DNA from: Alphaproteobacteria bacterium
GTDB taxonomy: Bacteria; Pseudomonadota; Alphaproteobacteria; SP197
Reading direction: 5' to 3'
DNA: 64,000 nt
NCBI GenBank assembly: GCA_964291415.2
Contig: OZ219918.1
Coordinates: forward strand, 32,001 to 96,000
Shown: one piece after another, positions 10,639-20,015 of the stretch
How positions within the stretch are numbered: the first letter of the stretch is position 1
Layout: each line of letters starts with the position of its first letter
Made by a program: the position numbers and the translations under genes
Notes under the pieces: generated by a model
The model's input: the letters and a program-made list of their open reading frames with translations, nothing else
Database searches by the model: none
Told to the model about the DNA's origin: nothing

Positions 10639-11797
10639 TGTCCTGTGCCAAGAATGGATTGAATTAATGTCTGGGCTCCCGGATCTGTTCGAGTCGCTCT
10701 CTGGCACGCCTGATCTTGGCCAGGATGTCTTCGCTCCTGGCGGTCCATTTGTAGGGCCGCGGATTCTCGTTGTGCGCGTCCAGGTGGCGCACGATCTCGC
10801 GCCGCAGCTCGGCGACGCTGGCGAAGCTGCCATCGCGTATGACGGCGGTCAGGTCGGCGAAGAAGCGTTCGACCAGATTGAGCCACGACCCCGACGTTGG
10901 CGTGAAGTGCATTTCGAAGCGCGGGTGACGGGCGAGCCATGCCCTGACCTTGCCATGCTTGTGCGTGGCGTAGTTGTCGGCAATGACGTGGATCGTCAAG
11001 CCGTCCGGCGTCTCCCGGTCGATCTGCTTGAGGAAGCGCAACCACTCGACATGCGTGTGCTTGGCCTCGAGGCGCTGGATCAGCTTGCCGTCGAGATAGT
11101 TCATCGCCGCGAACAGCGTGATGGTGCCGTGCCGGACATAGTCGTGGGTCGCGGTGCGGATGTGGCCGACGCCGAGCGGCAGCCCGGGTTGCGTGCGTTC
11201 CAACGCCTGGATCTGCGACTTCTCGTCGCAGCACAGCACGATGGACCTCTCCGGTGGATCGAGGTACAGCCCCACGACATCCCAGAACCTGGCCTCGAAC
11301 TGCGGATCGTTCGACAGCTTGAACGTGCGCCTGAGGTGCGGCTTGAGGCCGTGTTCGCGCCAGATGCGAGCCACGCTCGACGCCGAGATGCCGACCTCGG
11401 TCGCCGTGGTGCGCGTGCTGCGCCGCCGCATGCCCGGCGCCTTCTGGCCGGCCTTGGCCACCACCGCCTCGACCACCGCCGGCGCAATGGACGCCTTGAC
11501 GCCTCGCCCCGGACGGTCCGCAAGGCCGTCCAGCCCCAGCAGCTCGAAGCGTTGCGACCACTTGTTGACCGACGTCGTCGACACCCCCACCGCCCGCGCC
11601 ACGTCGCTCTGCTTCATCCCCGTGCTGCGCAACAGCACGATGCGCGCCCGCACGACATCGCGCGCCGCGGTCGTCGGCGCACGAACACGACGGTGAAGCT
11701 CCGCTTCCTCTTCCGCCGTCAGATCCAGAACCGAAACAGGTCGTGCCATCGCACTCGCCATCATACGCCCAACGGAGGCCATGGCACGGAACACTAG
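10635..11797 (-). mobile_element. IS630-family insertion sequence
   Basis: Inverted ends ctagtgtcctgtgcca (10635) and revcomp ctagtgttccgtgcca (11797); CTAG/TA at both junctions. Confidence 0.92.
10664..11749 (-). CDS. IS630-family transposase
   Basis: HTH, CCDEKSQIQAL, YVRHGT, ADNYATHK, SWLNLVERFF. Confidence 0.95.
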   Translation of the reverse strand: MARPVSVLDLTAEEEAELHRRVRAPTTAARDVVRARIVLLRSTGMKQSDVARAVGVSTTSVNKWSQRFELLGLDGLADRPGRGVKASIAPAVVEAVVAKAGQKAPGMRRRSTRTTATEVGISASSVARIWREHGLKPHLRRTFKLSNDPQFEARFWDVVGLYLDPPERSIVLCCDEKSQIQALERTQPGLPLGVGHIRTATHDYVRHGTITLFAAMNYLDGKLIQRLEAKHTHVEWLRFLKQIDRETPDGLTIHVIADNYATHKHGKVRAWLARHPRFEMHFTPTSGSWLNLVERFFADLTAVIRDGSFASVAELRREIVRHLDAHNENPRPYKWTARSEDILAKIRRARERLEQIREPRH

Positions 11798-12288
11798 TTC
11801 CCTTCACATTCTGTGCCGACCACAGCGAGTCGTGTTCTGAAGCGACGTCAGAGAGATCGACCACTTGCCAGTCCCGTTCTTCTCGGTCAACGGTCATGCT
11901 CGATGTGGCATCTAGTGACGGTCAACTATCTCGATTCCCCAGGCGTAGCCATCACGCCGAGGGAAACAGGTGCGCCATTGCTTGTTGACCCGAGCGCCAC
12001 GTTACCCAAGTAGGTCGCTGCGAAGAATTTCCAGCCGGTTGCCGGGCCAGACCTCAGGTTATCGAGGCGGCCGATCGCGTTCCTGTCCCATACCTTGACA
12101 GTTTGCCGGTTGTCTCGATGTGCCGACAAAGAACGACACCAATCGGTCTCCCTCCGGCCCCAAGAACGCCGGCTGGTTCGTTCCGATCCTGGTGCGGCTG
12201 GCGACCGCATGAAAGAGAGGTTTGCCCGGGCATTCATCATCCGAACGGATGGCCCTATTCTTGCCGTACGGTGGAGCGAGGACGAGGC

Positions 12289-13263
12289 ATGAAGAGACCA
12301 CGCATGCTCATTGCCATGCCGCTGGCGCAACGGACGATGGAACGCCTTGCGGAGGCGGGCGATGTCACGGTCATGAATCCGGGCGAGGCGGGGGAGGAAG
12401 CATTCCAGGAGGCGCTGGCCAGTCATGACGGGGTCCTGTGTTCCGCCATGCAGGGCATTCCCGACGGTTGTCTCGAAAGGGCGTCGGAGCGCTTGAGGGT
12501 GGTGAGCAACTTCGGTGTCGGATACGACAACGTCAACGTGGCGCTGGCGACGAGGTGCGGCGTGAGAGTCTGCAACACGCCGGGCATTCTCAGTGATGCG
12601 GTGGCGGAACTCGTCATGCTGCTCATTCTCGCCCTGGCACGCCGCCTGGACGAAGCCTCGGGGTTCGTGCGTGGCGGTCACTGGGGAACGGCGTCATTTC
12701 CCCTTGCCCATGACATCTCCGGCAAGACCCTCGGGCTCGTCGGATTCGGCCGCATTGGCAGGGCTGTGGCCGAACGGGCGCTGGCCTTCAACATGCGCGT
12801 GGTGGCGAGCGATGTCCGCGACATCGCCGAGGGTCCCTGGGAACAGGTGCCCCTGGCAACCCTTCTCGCTGAAGCGGACTTCGTCAGCGTCCACGTCAAC
12901 CTGTCGCAGACCACCAGGGGGCTGATCGGCGAGGAGTCGCTGGCGTGCATGAAGCGGTCCGCTTTCGTGATCAACACGTCACGTGGTCCTGTCGTCGATA
13001 CGGCAGCACTGCGCCGGGCGCTGGCCTCGGGCACCATTGCCGGAGCTGCTCTCGACGTGACCGATCCCGAACCGCCTGCGCCGGACGACCCGCTCCTGTC
13101 GCTGCCCCAGGTCATCGTCACCCCGCATGTCGGCACGGGGACCGTCGAGACCCGCGAAAAGATGGGTGATCTGGCGGCCACCAACCTCATCGAGAGCCTG
13201 GCAGGGCGCCGGCCTCCGGCGGTCGTCAACCGGGTGGACCTTCAGCTGGCCGGAGAAACCTGA
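12289..13263 (+). CDS. D-isomer 2-hydroxyacid dehydrogenase (glyoxylate reductase-like)
   Basis: GVGYDNV, GFGRIG, INTSRGPVVD, ALDV..PEP, TPHVG. Confidence 0.92.
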   Translation: MKRPRMLIAMPLAQRTMERLAEAGDVTVMNPGEAGEEAFQEALASHDGVLCSAMQGIPDGCLERASERLRVVSNFGVGYDNVNVALATRCGVRVCNTPGILSDAVAELVMLLILALARRLDEASGFVRGGHWGTASFPLAHDISGKTLGLVGFGRIGRAVAERALAFNMRVVASDVRDIAEGPWEQVPLATLLAEADFVSVHVNLSQTTRGLIGEESLACMKRSAFVINTSRGPVVDTAALRRALASGTIAGAALDVTDPEPPAPDDPLLSLPQVIVTPHVGTGTVETREKMGDLAATNLIESLAGRRPPAVVNRVDLQLAGET

Positions 13264-13317
13264 AGACCGATGCGCCAGGGGGCATCGGACTCATGGATGC
13301 CGGCAGTGCTGACGGGT

Positions 13318-14247
13318 TCAGGGCGGTTTCGAATGGCGCTTCAACTGTGTCACCGACGGTGCGGCGTCATCACGTGAACGGTTTCTAACGGGCAGGAAGG
13401 CGTGGAACGAGATGGCTGCCATGATGACAGCGCCGCCGATGATGGTCAGGAGAGTCGGGACTTCGCTCAGGAAGAGGAAGACCCAGAAGGGGGACAGGAC
13501 CGATTCGACCATGGAGAGCAGGGTCAGTTCGGCAGCGGGCAGGTGTCGTGCGGCAAGCGTGAAGAGGCCGTTGCACACGGCGCTGATGAAGACGCCCTGG
13601 ATCAGGCACAGCGCCAGATCGTGGAACGAGATGGAAAGGTGGTCGGCTGTCAGCGCTGCGGCCGCGGCCGCCATCATGCCCGAGACGGCAACGGTCGGCA
13701 CCATGTCCCGTCCCCGGCCAAAGCGACAGGCGACGACATAGAATGACGCAAGCAGGGCGCAGGCAAGGGCCAGAAGATTGCCCTCCCAACTGCCGCCGGC
13801 AAATCCTTCCCAGACCATGAGGGCGACGCCCCCCATGGCGATAGCGGATGCCAGGACGGTGCGCCGGCCCATCGATTCCCGCATCACGATCCAGGCGAGC
13901 GCACCGACGATGAACGGTGCGGTGGCAACCAGGAAGCTGATGTTGGCAATGGTCGTGTGATCGATTGCCATGATGAACGTGACCGAGGCGAATCCGAGAC
14001 CGGCGCCGCCGATGACGCCTGGCCAGCCGATGGCCCTGAAGGCGCGAAGCGTGTTGATGCGGTATCTGAACGCGACGAAGGACGTGATGGCCGAAGCGAG
14101 AGCAAGACCGCGGTAGAACACGACCTCGAGGGCGCCGGCCTCCTCGATGAGACGGAAGACGAGACCCGTTGTGCTCCATCCGGCGGCGAGGACAAGAGCG
14201 ACGATGACCCAGAGAAGACGGCTTTCTGAACGGAACCAGCCCAGCAT
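13318..14247 (-). CDS. DMT/EamA family transporter
   Basis: About 10 hydrophobic helices in two EamA-like repeats. Confidence 0.88.
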   Translation of the reverse strand: MLGWFRSESRLLWVIVALVLAAGWSTTGLVFRLIEEAGALEVVFYRGLALASAITSFVAFRYRINTLRAFRAIGWPGVIGGAGLGFASVTFIMAIDHTTIANISFLVATAPFIVGALAWIVMRESMGRRTVLASAIAMGGVALMVWEGFAGGSWEGNLLALACALLASFYVVACRFGRGRDMVPTVAVSGMMAAAAAALTADHLSISFHDLALCLIQGVFISAVCNGLFTLAARHLPAAELTLLSMVESVLSPFWVFLFLSEVPTLLTIIGGAVIMAAISFHAFLPVRNRSRDDAAPSVTQLKRHSKPP

Positions 14248-14375
14248 GGCGTTGCACCTTGATGCCGAATGCGGATCCTTGCGGACTGCCGACAGGCAGT
14301 TCGCACGCTATCTCAAGGTCAAAAGACCCCTGTCGTCCAGAGGCCAGCCGAAAAAAAGGGGATTATATACTGAGT

Positions 14376-14405
14376 TTGACAAGCGGCGGCATCTCGCCCT
14401 AGCCT
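14376..14405 (+). promoter_or_regulatory. Putative sigma70 promoter for the cargo lipoprotein, -35 inside the TIR
   Basis: TTGACA-18 bp-TAGCCT. Confidence 0.45.
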
Positions 14406-14578
14406 CCATCCTGCAACGTTACACGGACCCGCGAGTCGGGTCGCCCGCCGAATAGAACAGCCCTCAGACCGGCAAGGGGTAGCTCCCCATGCTTGGCGAA
14501 TAGGCGGGGCTTCACCAATCCGTGTGACGTTGCAACGGCCCGGCACCCGCTGGGCTGGCACACCGGAGGGGAGGCTCC

Positions 14579-15973
14579 ATGAATATCAGAAACACGTTAA
14601 CTTCATCGGTGATCGCCGCAGGAATGCTGTTTCTCGCCGCTTGTGGCGGCGGTGGCGGCAGTTCAAGTTCGACGGAGCAACCGACGGTCGGTTTGCCGCC
14701 CAGTGCATCGAACAACGAGTACCGGATACACCTCGGCATCCCAGCGTCTGATGCGAAGCGATCTCCCATCTATCGGACAGGCAACCTGCTTCGCGTCGGC
14801 GTAGATCAAGGGGCTGCACTGGAACGGTTGCCAAAGCTGACGATTCCCGGCTTCCCGGATGTCGAAGTGCGGTACGGCACAATCAGTGACGGCGCGGGCG
14901 GTTCGGCTCTACGCGACTATTTGTCATCGATCGAAGGATCCTATTCGGGCTTGAGCCGCCGGTTGCCAGGTTATGAAGTGCGCGTTATCGGCGCTTCAAC
15001 CGCGGCAGAACGTCGGCGCGTCCTCGCGGCCGTCCAGTTGGTGAACGCCGCCCTGCCGGAGAATGCCAAACTGAGCGTCGGAACGCCACTGCCGGGCTTC
15101 AGCCTCAAGGACACGGTGAATGCGGACGGGCGCTATTTCGGGGCCGGCAGCGAACTGCCGAACACGATTCATGTCGAGTTCACGCCGGAAAGCGAGTTCT
15201 ACGACAGCGACGCCGCTGGCACGTCGTGGGGCGAGTACATGCTTCTGTCACGCGGCGACTTCCCGGCATACACAGACGAGCGCAAGGCCGTGATCCTGAT
15301 AGCCCACGAATTCGTGCACTCGCTCGGGATCGGTGGGCATGTGCCGGAACACTTCGACACGATCATGGAGACTGGCAGCAGGGTCTATGACAATGCCCAG
15401 GGCATCCGACAGCCTGCGTCCTTGCTCTACCCGATCGACCGTGAGGCTGTGCGGGCACTCTACGGACCCTTGCGGAACAGCAACGATCCCAACGATCTCG
15501 GGCCATGGTCCAGCACATCGGAACACTTGTTCGTGGGCAATGAGCATGGCGCGTTCGGCGTCGCAAGCCGCAACGGTTATGCGGAGCCATGGGCGTATGG
15601 AACCACACCGCGAACCAATCTCGCCTCCAACCCGCAACTGTCCGGCACCGTGAACTGGTATGGCGCCCTGGTTGGCTTCACGTCGAACGCCCTACCCATG
15701 GCAGGCGACGCGGGAATCGCCGTTGATCTCACGAACATGGCGGGAACGGCGGCGTTCACGGATCTGACGATCATTTCAATAGACGGTGCGCCGGTTCCGC
15801 AGTGGGCTGACCGAGACCTCCACTACACCATCGCCGTCACCGGCAACACGTTCCGCGAAACCGGAGGCGATGACGGTAGGCTCACCGGCATCTTCGTGGG
15901 CCGTTACCATGAAGCGGCGGGCGGCACGCTGGAGCGGTCCGACTTGTCAGCGGCGTTCGGTGCGGTACGCTGA
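14579..15973 (+). CDS. Lipoprotein with zinc-metallopeptidase motif and C-terminal TbpB-like barrel
   Basis: Lipobox LAAC followed by GGGGGSSS; HEFVHSLGIGGH; C-terminus ...GRLTGIFVG..AAGGTLERSDLSAAFGAVR. Confidence 0.75.
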   Translation: MNIRNTLTSSVIAAGMLFLAACGGGGGSSSSTEQPTVGLPPSASNNEYRIHLGIPASDAKRSPIYRTGNLLRVGVDQGAALERLPKLTIPGFPDVEVRYGTISDGAGGSALRDYLSSIEGSYSGLSRRLPGYEVRVIGASTAAERRRVLAAVQLVNAALPENAKLSVGTPLPGFSLKDTVNADGRYFGAGSELPNTIHVEFTPESEFYDSDAAGTSWGEYMLLSRGDFPAYTDERKAVILIAHEFVHSLGIGGHVPEHFDTIMETGSRVYDNAQGIRQPASLLYPIDREAVRALYGPLRNSNDPNDLGPWSSTSEHLFVGNEHGAFGVASRNGYAEPWAYGTTPRTNLASNPQLSGTVNWYGALVGFTSNALPMAGDAGIAVDLTNMAGTAAFTDLTIISIDGAPVPQWADRDLHYTIAVTGNTFRETGGDDGRLTGIFVGRYHEAAGGTLERSDLSAAFGAVR

Positions 15974-15989
15974 CCACATGGAGACAGAC

Positions 15990-16139
15990 ATGACGGAACA
16001 GACGAAGGGCCCGGACTTGCTCACCTTGGCGATGCGTCGGGTTCAAGCCGAGACGGTCGAAAGACAGGGGCGGGAACCGGAATCCCCGCCCCATGCCGAA
16101 AACGCGTCAGCCGCGGATGCCGCTGACCGTGATGAATGA
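15990..16139 (+). CDS. Small hypothetical passenger protein
   Basis: GGAG RBS upstream; MTEQTKGPDLLTLAMRRVQAETVER. Confidence 0.4.
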   Translation: MTEQTKGPDLLTLAMRRVQAETVERQGREPESPPHAENASAADAADRDE

Positions 16140-16325
16140 ACCGTCCATGAGCCGCTGTTCGTTGACCAATCCGTGAAGCAGTCCCCGGCGGATCGCGCCT
16201 ATCACGGTGGTCTCGATCACGTGAGGACTGGCGTCGGGGATCTCGGTGGCGAGGTCATCAACGGTGTTGAATTCTCGGCCTCGGCAGGTCGTGAGAATGC
16301 GTTGTAGAAGGGATGTCTGAGCCAT
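16107..16325 (-). CDS. Small hypothetical passenger protein (possible winged helix)
   Basis: AAGGAGG RBS; 72 aa; downstream of the transposase on the same strand. Confidence 0.55.
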   Translation of the reverse strand: MAQTSLLQRILTTCRGREFNTVDDLATEIPDASPHVIETTVIGAIRRGLLHGLVNEQRLMDGSFITVSGIRG

Positions 16326-16460
16326 TCGGGCCTCCTTGAATCGGAGGCCGCATGACCCTATGCTGTAGAAATTGTTGCAGCATCCCGCACGGCCTCCAAA
16401 GCAGCGATGCGGGGAAACGGGCGCCCTTGCCGGGGCGCCTGTTTCGAATCTGGGATCAGG

Positions 16461-17444
16461 CTAACAGGAACGCGCCCCAGAAGACAATCCGTTGTCCTCG
16501 ATCAAGGCGCGATAGGCCAGATGCTTGCCGATCATGTGTGTGAACGCGGCTTCCATCTGGTCGATGGTGTCGGCGTCGCGCACATTGTGACGACCGGAAA
16601 ACTCGCTGATGTACCGCGCAAGGTGCTTCGGGCTCATCTTGTGATAGGTGCCCTGATAGCCGCGCTTGAGCATGGACCAGAAAGACTCGATGCCGTTGGT
16701 ATGGGCCATCCCACGCACATATTCGCCGGCGGAGTGGTTCACGGCTTCACGGTCGTAGTACGGATCGAGAATGTTGTAGGCACTGGCCTCATCGGTGAAC
16801 AGCTTGGCGCCGAACTCGGCCTTGGCGACCACGACATTCGAGACCGTCAGAGAGTCGGTCTTGTTGACGCGCTGAGCGGAGACGCGATTGGTGGCCCGAT
16901 CCTTCACGCCGACGATCGTCTCTTTGCCGACCGCGCCGCGTCCGCGCAGTTCCGTGCGCTTGCTCTTGGGCATGTTCTTGCGCTTACCGCCGATGAATGT
17001 CTCGTCGGCTTCGACCGGGCCGGTGAACGCGTCGGAGTCGCCATCTTCCCAAGCATCCCGGAGCCGGTGAAGCATGAACCATGCGGTCTTCTGCGTGACT
17101 TTGAGATCGCGGTGGAGCTTCATGCTGCTCACGCCCTTGAGGTTCGTCATGTAGATGTAGACGGCGAACACCCACTTGCGGAGCGGCAAGCGGGAACCCT
17201 GCAACATCGAGCCGGTGCGGACGGAGAAGTAGGAACGGCACGACTTGCACCAGTAGGGCATCGGCTTGGCGCTCGGCACTTCCCTGGTCTCGGTCGATCC
17301 GCAGTGACCGCAATGGCGTTCACCGTTCGGCCAGCGCGTATCCTCGAACCACCTCACCGCCGATGCCTCGTCGGGGAACATATCGGTCAACTCGATGATC
17401 GAGATACCTTCGCGGTGTGACTTGCCCGGTGCTTTCTGTGCCAT
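16461..17444 (-). CDS. IS1595-family transposase
   Basis: Zn ribbon CGHCG..CKSCR, HTH, VEADETFIGG, FTDE, HTNGIESFW. Confidence 0.95.
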   Translation of the reverse strand: MAQKAPGKSHREGISIIELTDMFPDEASAVRWFEDTRWPNGERHCGHCGSTETREVPSAKPMPYWCKSCRSYFSVRTGSMLQGSRLPLRKWVFAVYIYMTNLKGVSSMKLHRDLKVTQKTAWFMLHRLRDAWEDGDSDAFTGPVEADETFIGGKRKNMPKSKRTELRGRGAVGKETIVGVKDRATNRVSAQRVNKTDSLTVSNVVVAKAEFGAKLFTDEASAYNILDPYYDREAVNHSAGEYVRGMAHTNGIESFWSMLKRGYQGTYHKMSPKHLARYISEFSGRHNVRDADTIDQMEAAFTHMIGKHLAYRALIEDNGLSSGARSC

Positions 17445-17471
17445 GTCCCGACTCCGTGTCTAACTGACCGG

Positions 17472-17500
17472 AATATAGGGATTCTCGTTGCGCTTGTCAA
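17472..17500 (-). promoter_or_regulatory. Sigma70-type transposase promoter, -35 inside the TIR
   Basis: Minus strand TTGACA-17 bp-TATATT upstream of ATG 17444. Confidence 0.7.
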
Positions 17501-17612
17501 GTTCAGTATATAATCCCCCAAAGAAAAGGGAATTATACGCCTAACTAGCCAAAGCGCTTGACACCGGCTGGATAATCACCATTATACTAGCCATATCACA
17601 CGGAGTCGTGAG

Positions 17613-18578
17613 ATGGCGCAGAAAGGTCCGGGACGGTCGCACAGAGAAGGGATGACCGTTGTCCAGTTGCTCGGGATGTTCCCCGACGACGCAAGCGCCG
17701 AGGCGTGGTTCGAGGCGCAGAGATGGCCCGAGGGCCGGTTCTGCCCGGACTGCGGTTCGACCAACACCGTGTCGGTCACCAGCCGCAAGCCCATGCCCTA
17801 CCGTTGCCGCGACTGCCGCAATCACTTCTCCGTCCGCAAGGGCACGGTCATGCAGTCAAGCAAGCTCGGATTGCAGAAGTGGGCGATCGCGCTCTACCTG
17901 GCGACGACGGGCATCAAGGGCACGGCCAGCATGAAGGTCTACCGGGATCTCGGTATGCGTCAGGCGACGGCCTGGCACCTCATGCACCGCATCCGCGAAG
18001 CCTTTGACGACGGCGTGAACCTGCCGTTCCCCGGACCCGTCGAGATGGACGAGTCGCACTTCGGCGGCCGCGAGAAGAACAAGCACGGCAACAAAAAACT
18101 GCGCGCCGGCCGTGGTGCCGTCGGCAAGACCACTGTCGCCGGCGTCAAGGATCGCGGCTCCAGGCACGTCAGCGCCGCCGTGGTTCCGGCAACCAACAGG
18201 GAGACGCTTCAGGGCTTCGTGAAGGACCGTGCCGCTGACGGCGCGATGATCTACACCGACGAGCACGGCGCCTATCGGGGCATGGAGAACCACGAGTCGG
18301 TCAGTCACAGCACTGGCGAGTTTGTCCGCGGCATGGCGCACACGAACGGCATCGAGTCGTTCTGGAGCCTGTTGAAACGCGGCTATCACGGCACGTTCCA
18401 CAAGATCAGTGCCAAGCACCTCGACCGCTACGTCCGGGAGTTCGCCGGTCGCAACAACATCCGCGATCTCGACACGCTGGCACAGATGACCGCGCTGGCC
18501 CGTGGCATGGTCGGCAAGCGGCTTCGTTACAGCGACTTGATCGCGGACAATGGATTGCCTTCGGGAGCCCGAAGGTAG
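17613..18578 (+). CDS. IS1595-family transposase
   Basis: CPDCG..CRDCR, VEMDESHFGG, YTDE, HTNGIESFW. Confidence 0.95.
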   Translation: MAQKGPGRSHREGMTVVQLLGMFPDDASAEAWFEAQRWPEGRFCPDCGSTNTVSVTSRKPMPYRCRDCRNHFSVRKGTVMQSSKLGLQKWAIALYLATTGIKGTASMKVYRDLGMRQATAWHLMHRIREAFDDGVNLPFPGPVEMDESHFGGREKNKHGNKKLRAGRGAVGKTTVAGVKDRGSRHVSAAVVPATNRETLQGFVKDRAADGAMIYTDEHGAYRGMENHESVSHSTGEFVRGMAHTNGIESFWSLLKRGYHGTFHKISAKHLDRYVREFAGRNNIRDLDTLAQMTALARGMVGKRLRYSDLIADNGLPSGARR

Positions 18579-18696
18579 AAGTAACAGCGCTCCGACCAGC
18601 GGCAACTGGCGGAGCGCACAATCAGGCGAGAACCCTCTCGGCAACAACCGTAGCCGAGAGGGCTTTGGCATGTCTAGTTCCGAGTCAACCCACGAA

Positions 18697-18960
18697 TCAT
18701 GTCTCGCCGCTATCAGGGCCGAGATCCCCGACAGTCCCAGCGCGGATATGATCGCGAATATCATCGCACGCGATTGCAATCGCCTCCATCTCAGGGCTCG
18801 TGAAAGCAACGCCCGTCGGGTGCGTAGGGAGGCAATCGAGAATCTCGCACGCCACTTCCGGGTTTCGTTGCATGAGCTCTCCGAACATGAGAAGGACGAG
18901 AGCCTTCAACGCAGTGAGATCGGCTTGAAGCCCGGCGATTCCATCATCGTCTTGCGTCAT
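18697..18960 (-). CDS. Hypothetical passenger protein
   Basis: 87-aa ORF with GGAG upstream, following the 130-aa ORF; a competing + strand ORF exists. Confidence 0.45.
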   Translation of the reverse strand: MTQDDDGIAGLQADLTALKALVLLMFGELMQRNPEVACEILDCLPTHPTGVAFTSPEMEAIAIACDDIRDHIRAGTVGDLGPDSGET

Positions 18961-18981
18961 CTCTAGCGATCACTCCAACAG

Positions 18982-19374
18982 CTAGTAGAACGAGAACTCC
19001 GTGATCCTCCAGCGACGTTCTTCTCCGCCCTCCACGCATTGGGCGATGCCGTAGAAGTAGAGTCGGAGCGGGCCACCATACATGTTGAGGGTGTCAAGGT
19101 GCGATACGAGTTCGTATCTGTCGCCACTCTTGCGAACTGGTTTCTCGAAGGCGAAATCCGCCTCATCAGGAGCGTATAACTGGCCTTTGGCATGGCGCTC
19201 TATGATGACCTTGGCGGCCCATTTGGCGTCGTCCGCATCGCAACTTGCCCGGCTCTCGGCGGTCTTGGCACACATGGCAATGACACCGCCGATCGCGACA
19301 AAGATCGCCACCAAAACGATCACAATGACGGTTTGCTCGTTGGGACCTCTACCATTGGACATCTTGCACTCCAC
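18982..19374 (-). CDS. Membrane-anchored hypothetical passenger protein
   Basis: N-terminal TM segment (VIVIVLVAIFVAIGGVIAM) and small soluble domain. Confidence 0.65.
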   Translation of the reverse strand: MECKMSNGRGPNEQTVIVIVLVAIFVAIGGVIAMCAKTAESRASCDADDAKWAAKVIIERHAKGQLYAPDEADFAFEKPVRKSGDRYELVSHLDTLNMYGGPLRLYFYGIAQCVEGGEERRWRITEFSFY

Positions 19375-19673
19375 TCGCTGGCGAGCGGCGGGCTGGGCAA
19401 GACACCCTTGTCGTCAATCTCCTGTCGTGTGTTACCCCATGGTCATTGCCGCTCGGTTTGCGACCCGGCGGGATGCCGGGCCGGTCGCCAAACAACCATG
19501 GGTTCAAGGTTCCCGCTGATTTCCGCACGAGGCGGTGTTGTATTCACGGGCAGCCCGACACAGGGCGTCCCATGGTTGGTTTGGCGATGGTGAAAGCGTG
19601 GGTGTGCGGTTGGTGGGAGTCAACCACTATTAGATCAGTTGCCTAGCCGTAGGTCGTGCCATAGGATGGCGGC

Positions 19674-19841
19674 ATGACGGACAAGCCAGAACCTCGGCCG
19701 CGCGGTCGGCCACCGAAGCCCATGCCGAAGATCGACGCCACTCCGGAGCGAGCGGCCCAGGCGATCTTCTCGGCCGTCAAGAAGCCGGACCCGTCTGTCC
19801 GGATCCAGAAAGCCTACGAGCGGAAGAAGCCTAGTCAGTGA
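19674..19841 (+). CDS. 55-aa basic microprotein with AT-hook-like motif
   Basis: MTDKPEPRPRGRPPKPMPKIDATPERAAQAIFSAVKKPDPSVRIQKAYERKKPSQ; below the ORF-track cutoff; AGGA upstream. Confidence 0.55.
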   Translation: MTDKPEPRPRGRPPKPMPKIDATPERAAQAIFSAVKKPDPSVRIQKAYERKKPSQ

Positions 19842-20015
19842 GCAACACGCCCAAAGCACCCACACCTAGCCCATCCTCGGCAAACGCCAAGCAGTCACCG
19901 CCTGCGGCAGTCAATCCGCCGAAGCCTCCGCTGGTTATCGGCGGGCGAGTGGAGAAGCACGAAGCGCCATCTGGCTAGTTAGGCGTATAATTCCCAAAAA
20001 AAACGTCCGTTTGTG

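Larger units (their letters stand above)
14358..17518 (-). mobile_element. IS1595-family transposon A with passenger genes
   Basis: 28-bp TIRs ggggattatatactgagtttgacaagcg (14358-14385) and revcomp ggggattatatactgaacttgacaagcg (17491-17518), 26/28 identical; A-rich flanks. Confidence 0.92.
17528..19995 (+). mobile_element. IS1595-family transposon B with passenger genes
   Basis: Perfect 24-bp TIRs gggaattatacgcctaactagcca (17528-17551 and 19972-19995); flanks AAAGAAAA and AAAAAAAA. Confidence 0.93.

Noticed and set aside
11798-12288. Possible gene relic next to IS630
   Set aside because: Short open stretches without identifiable motifs.
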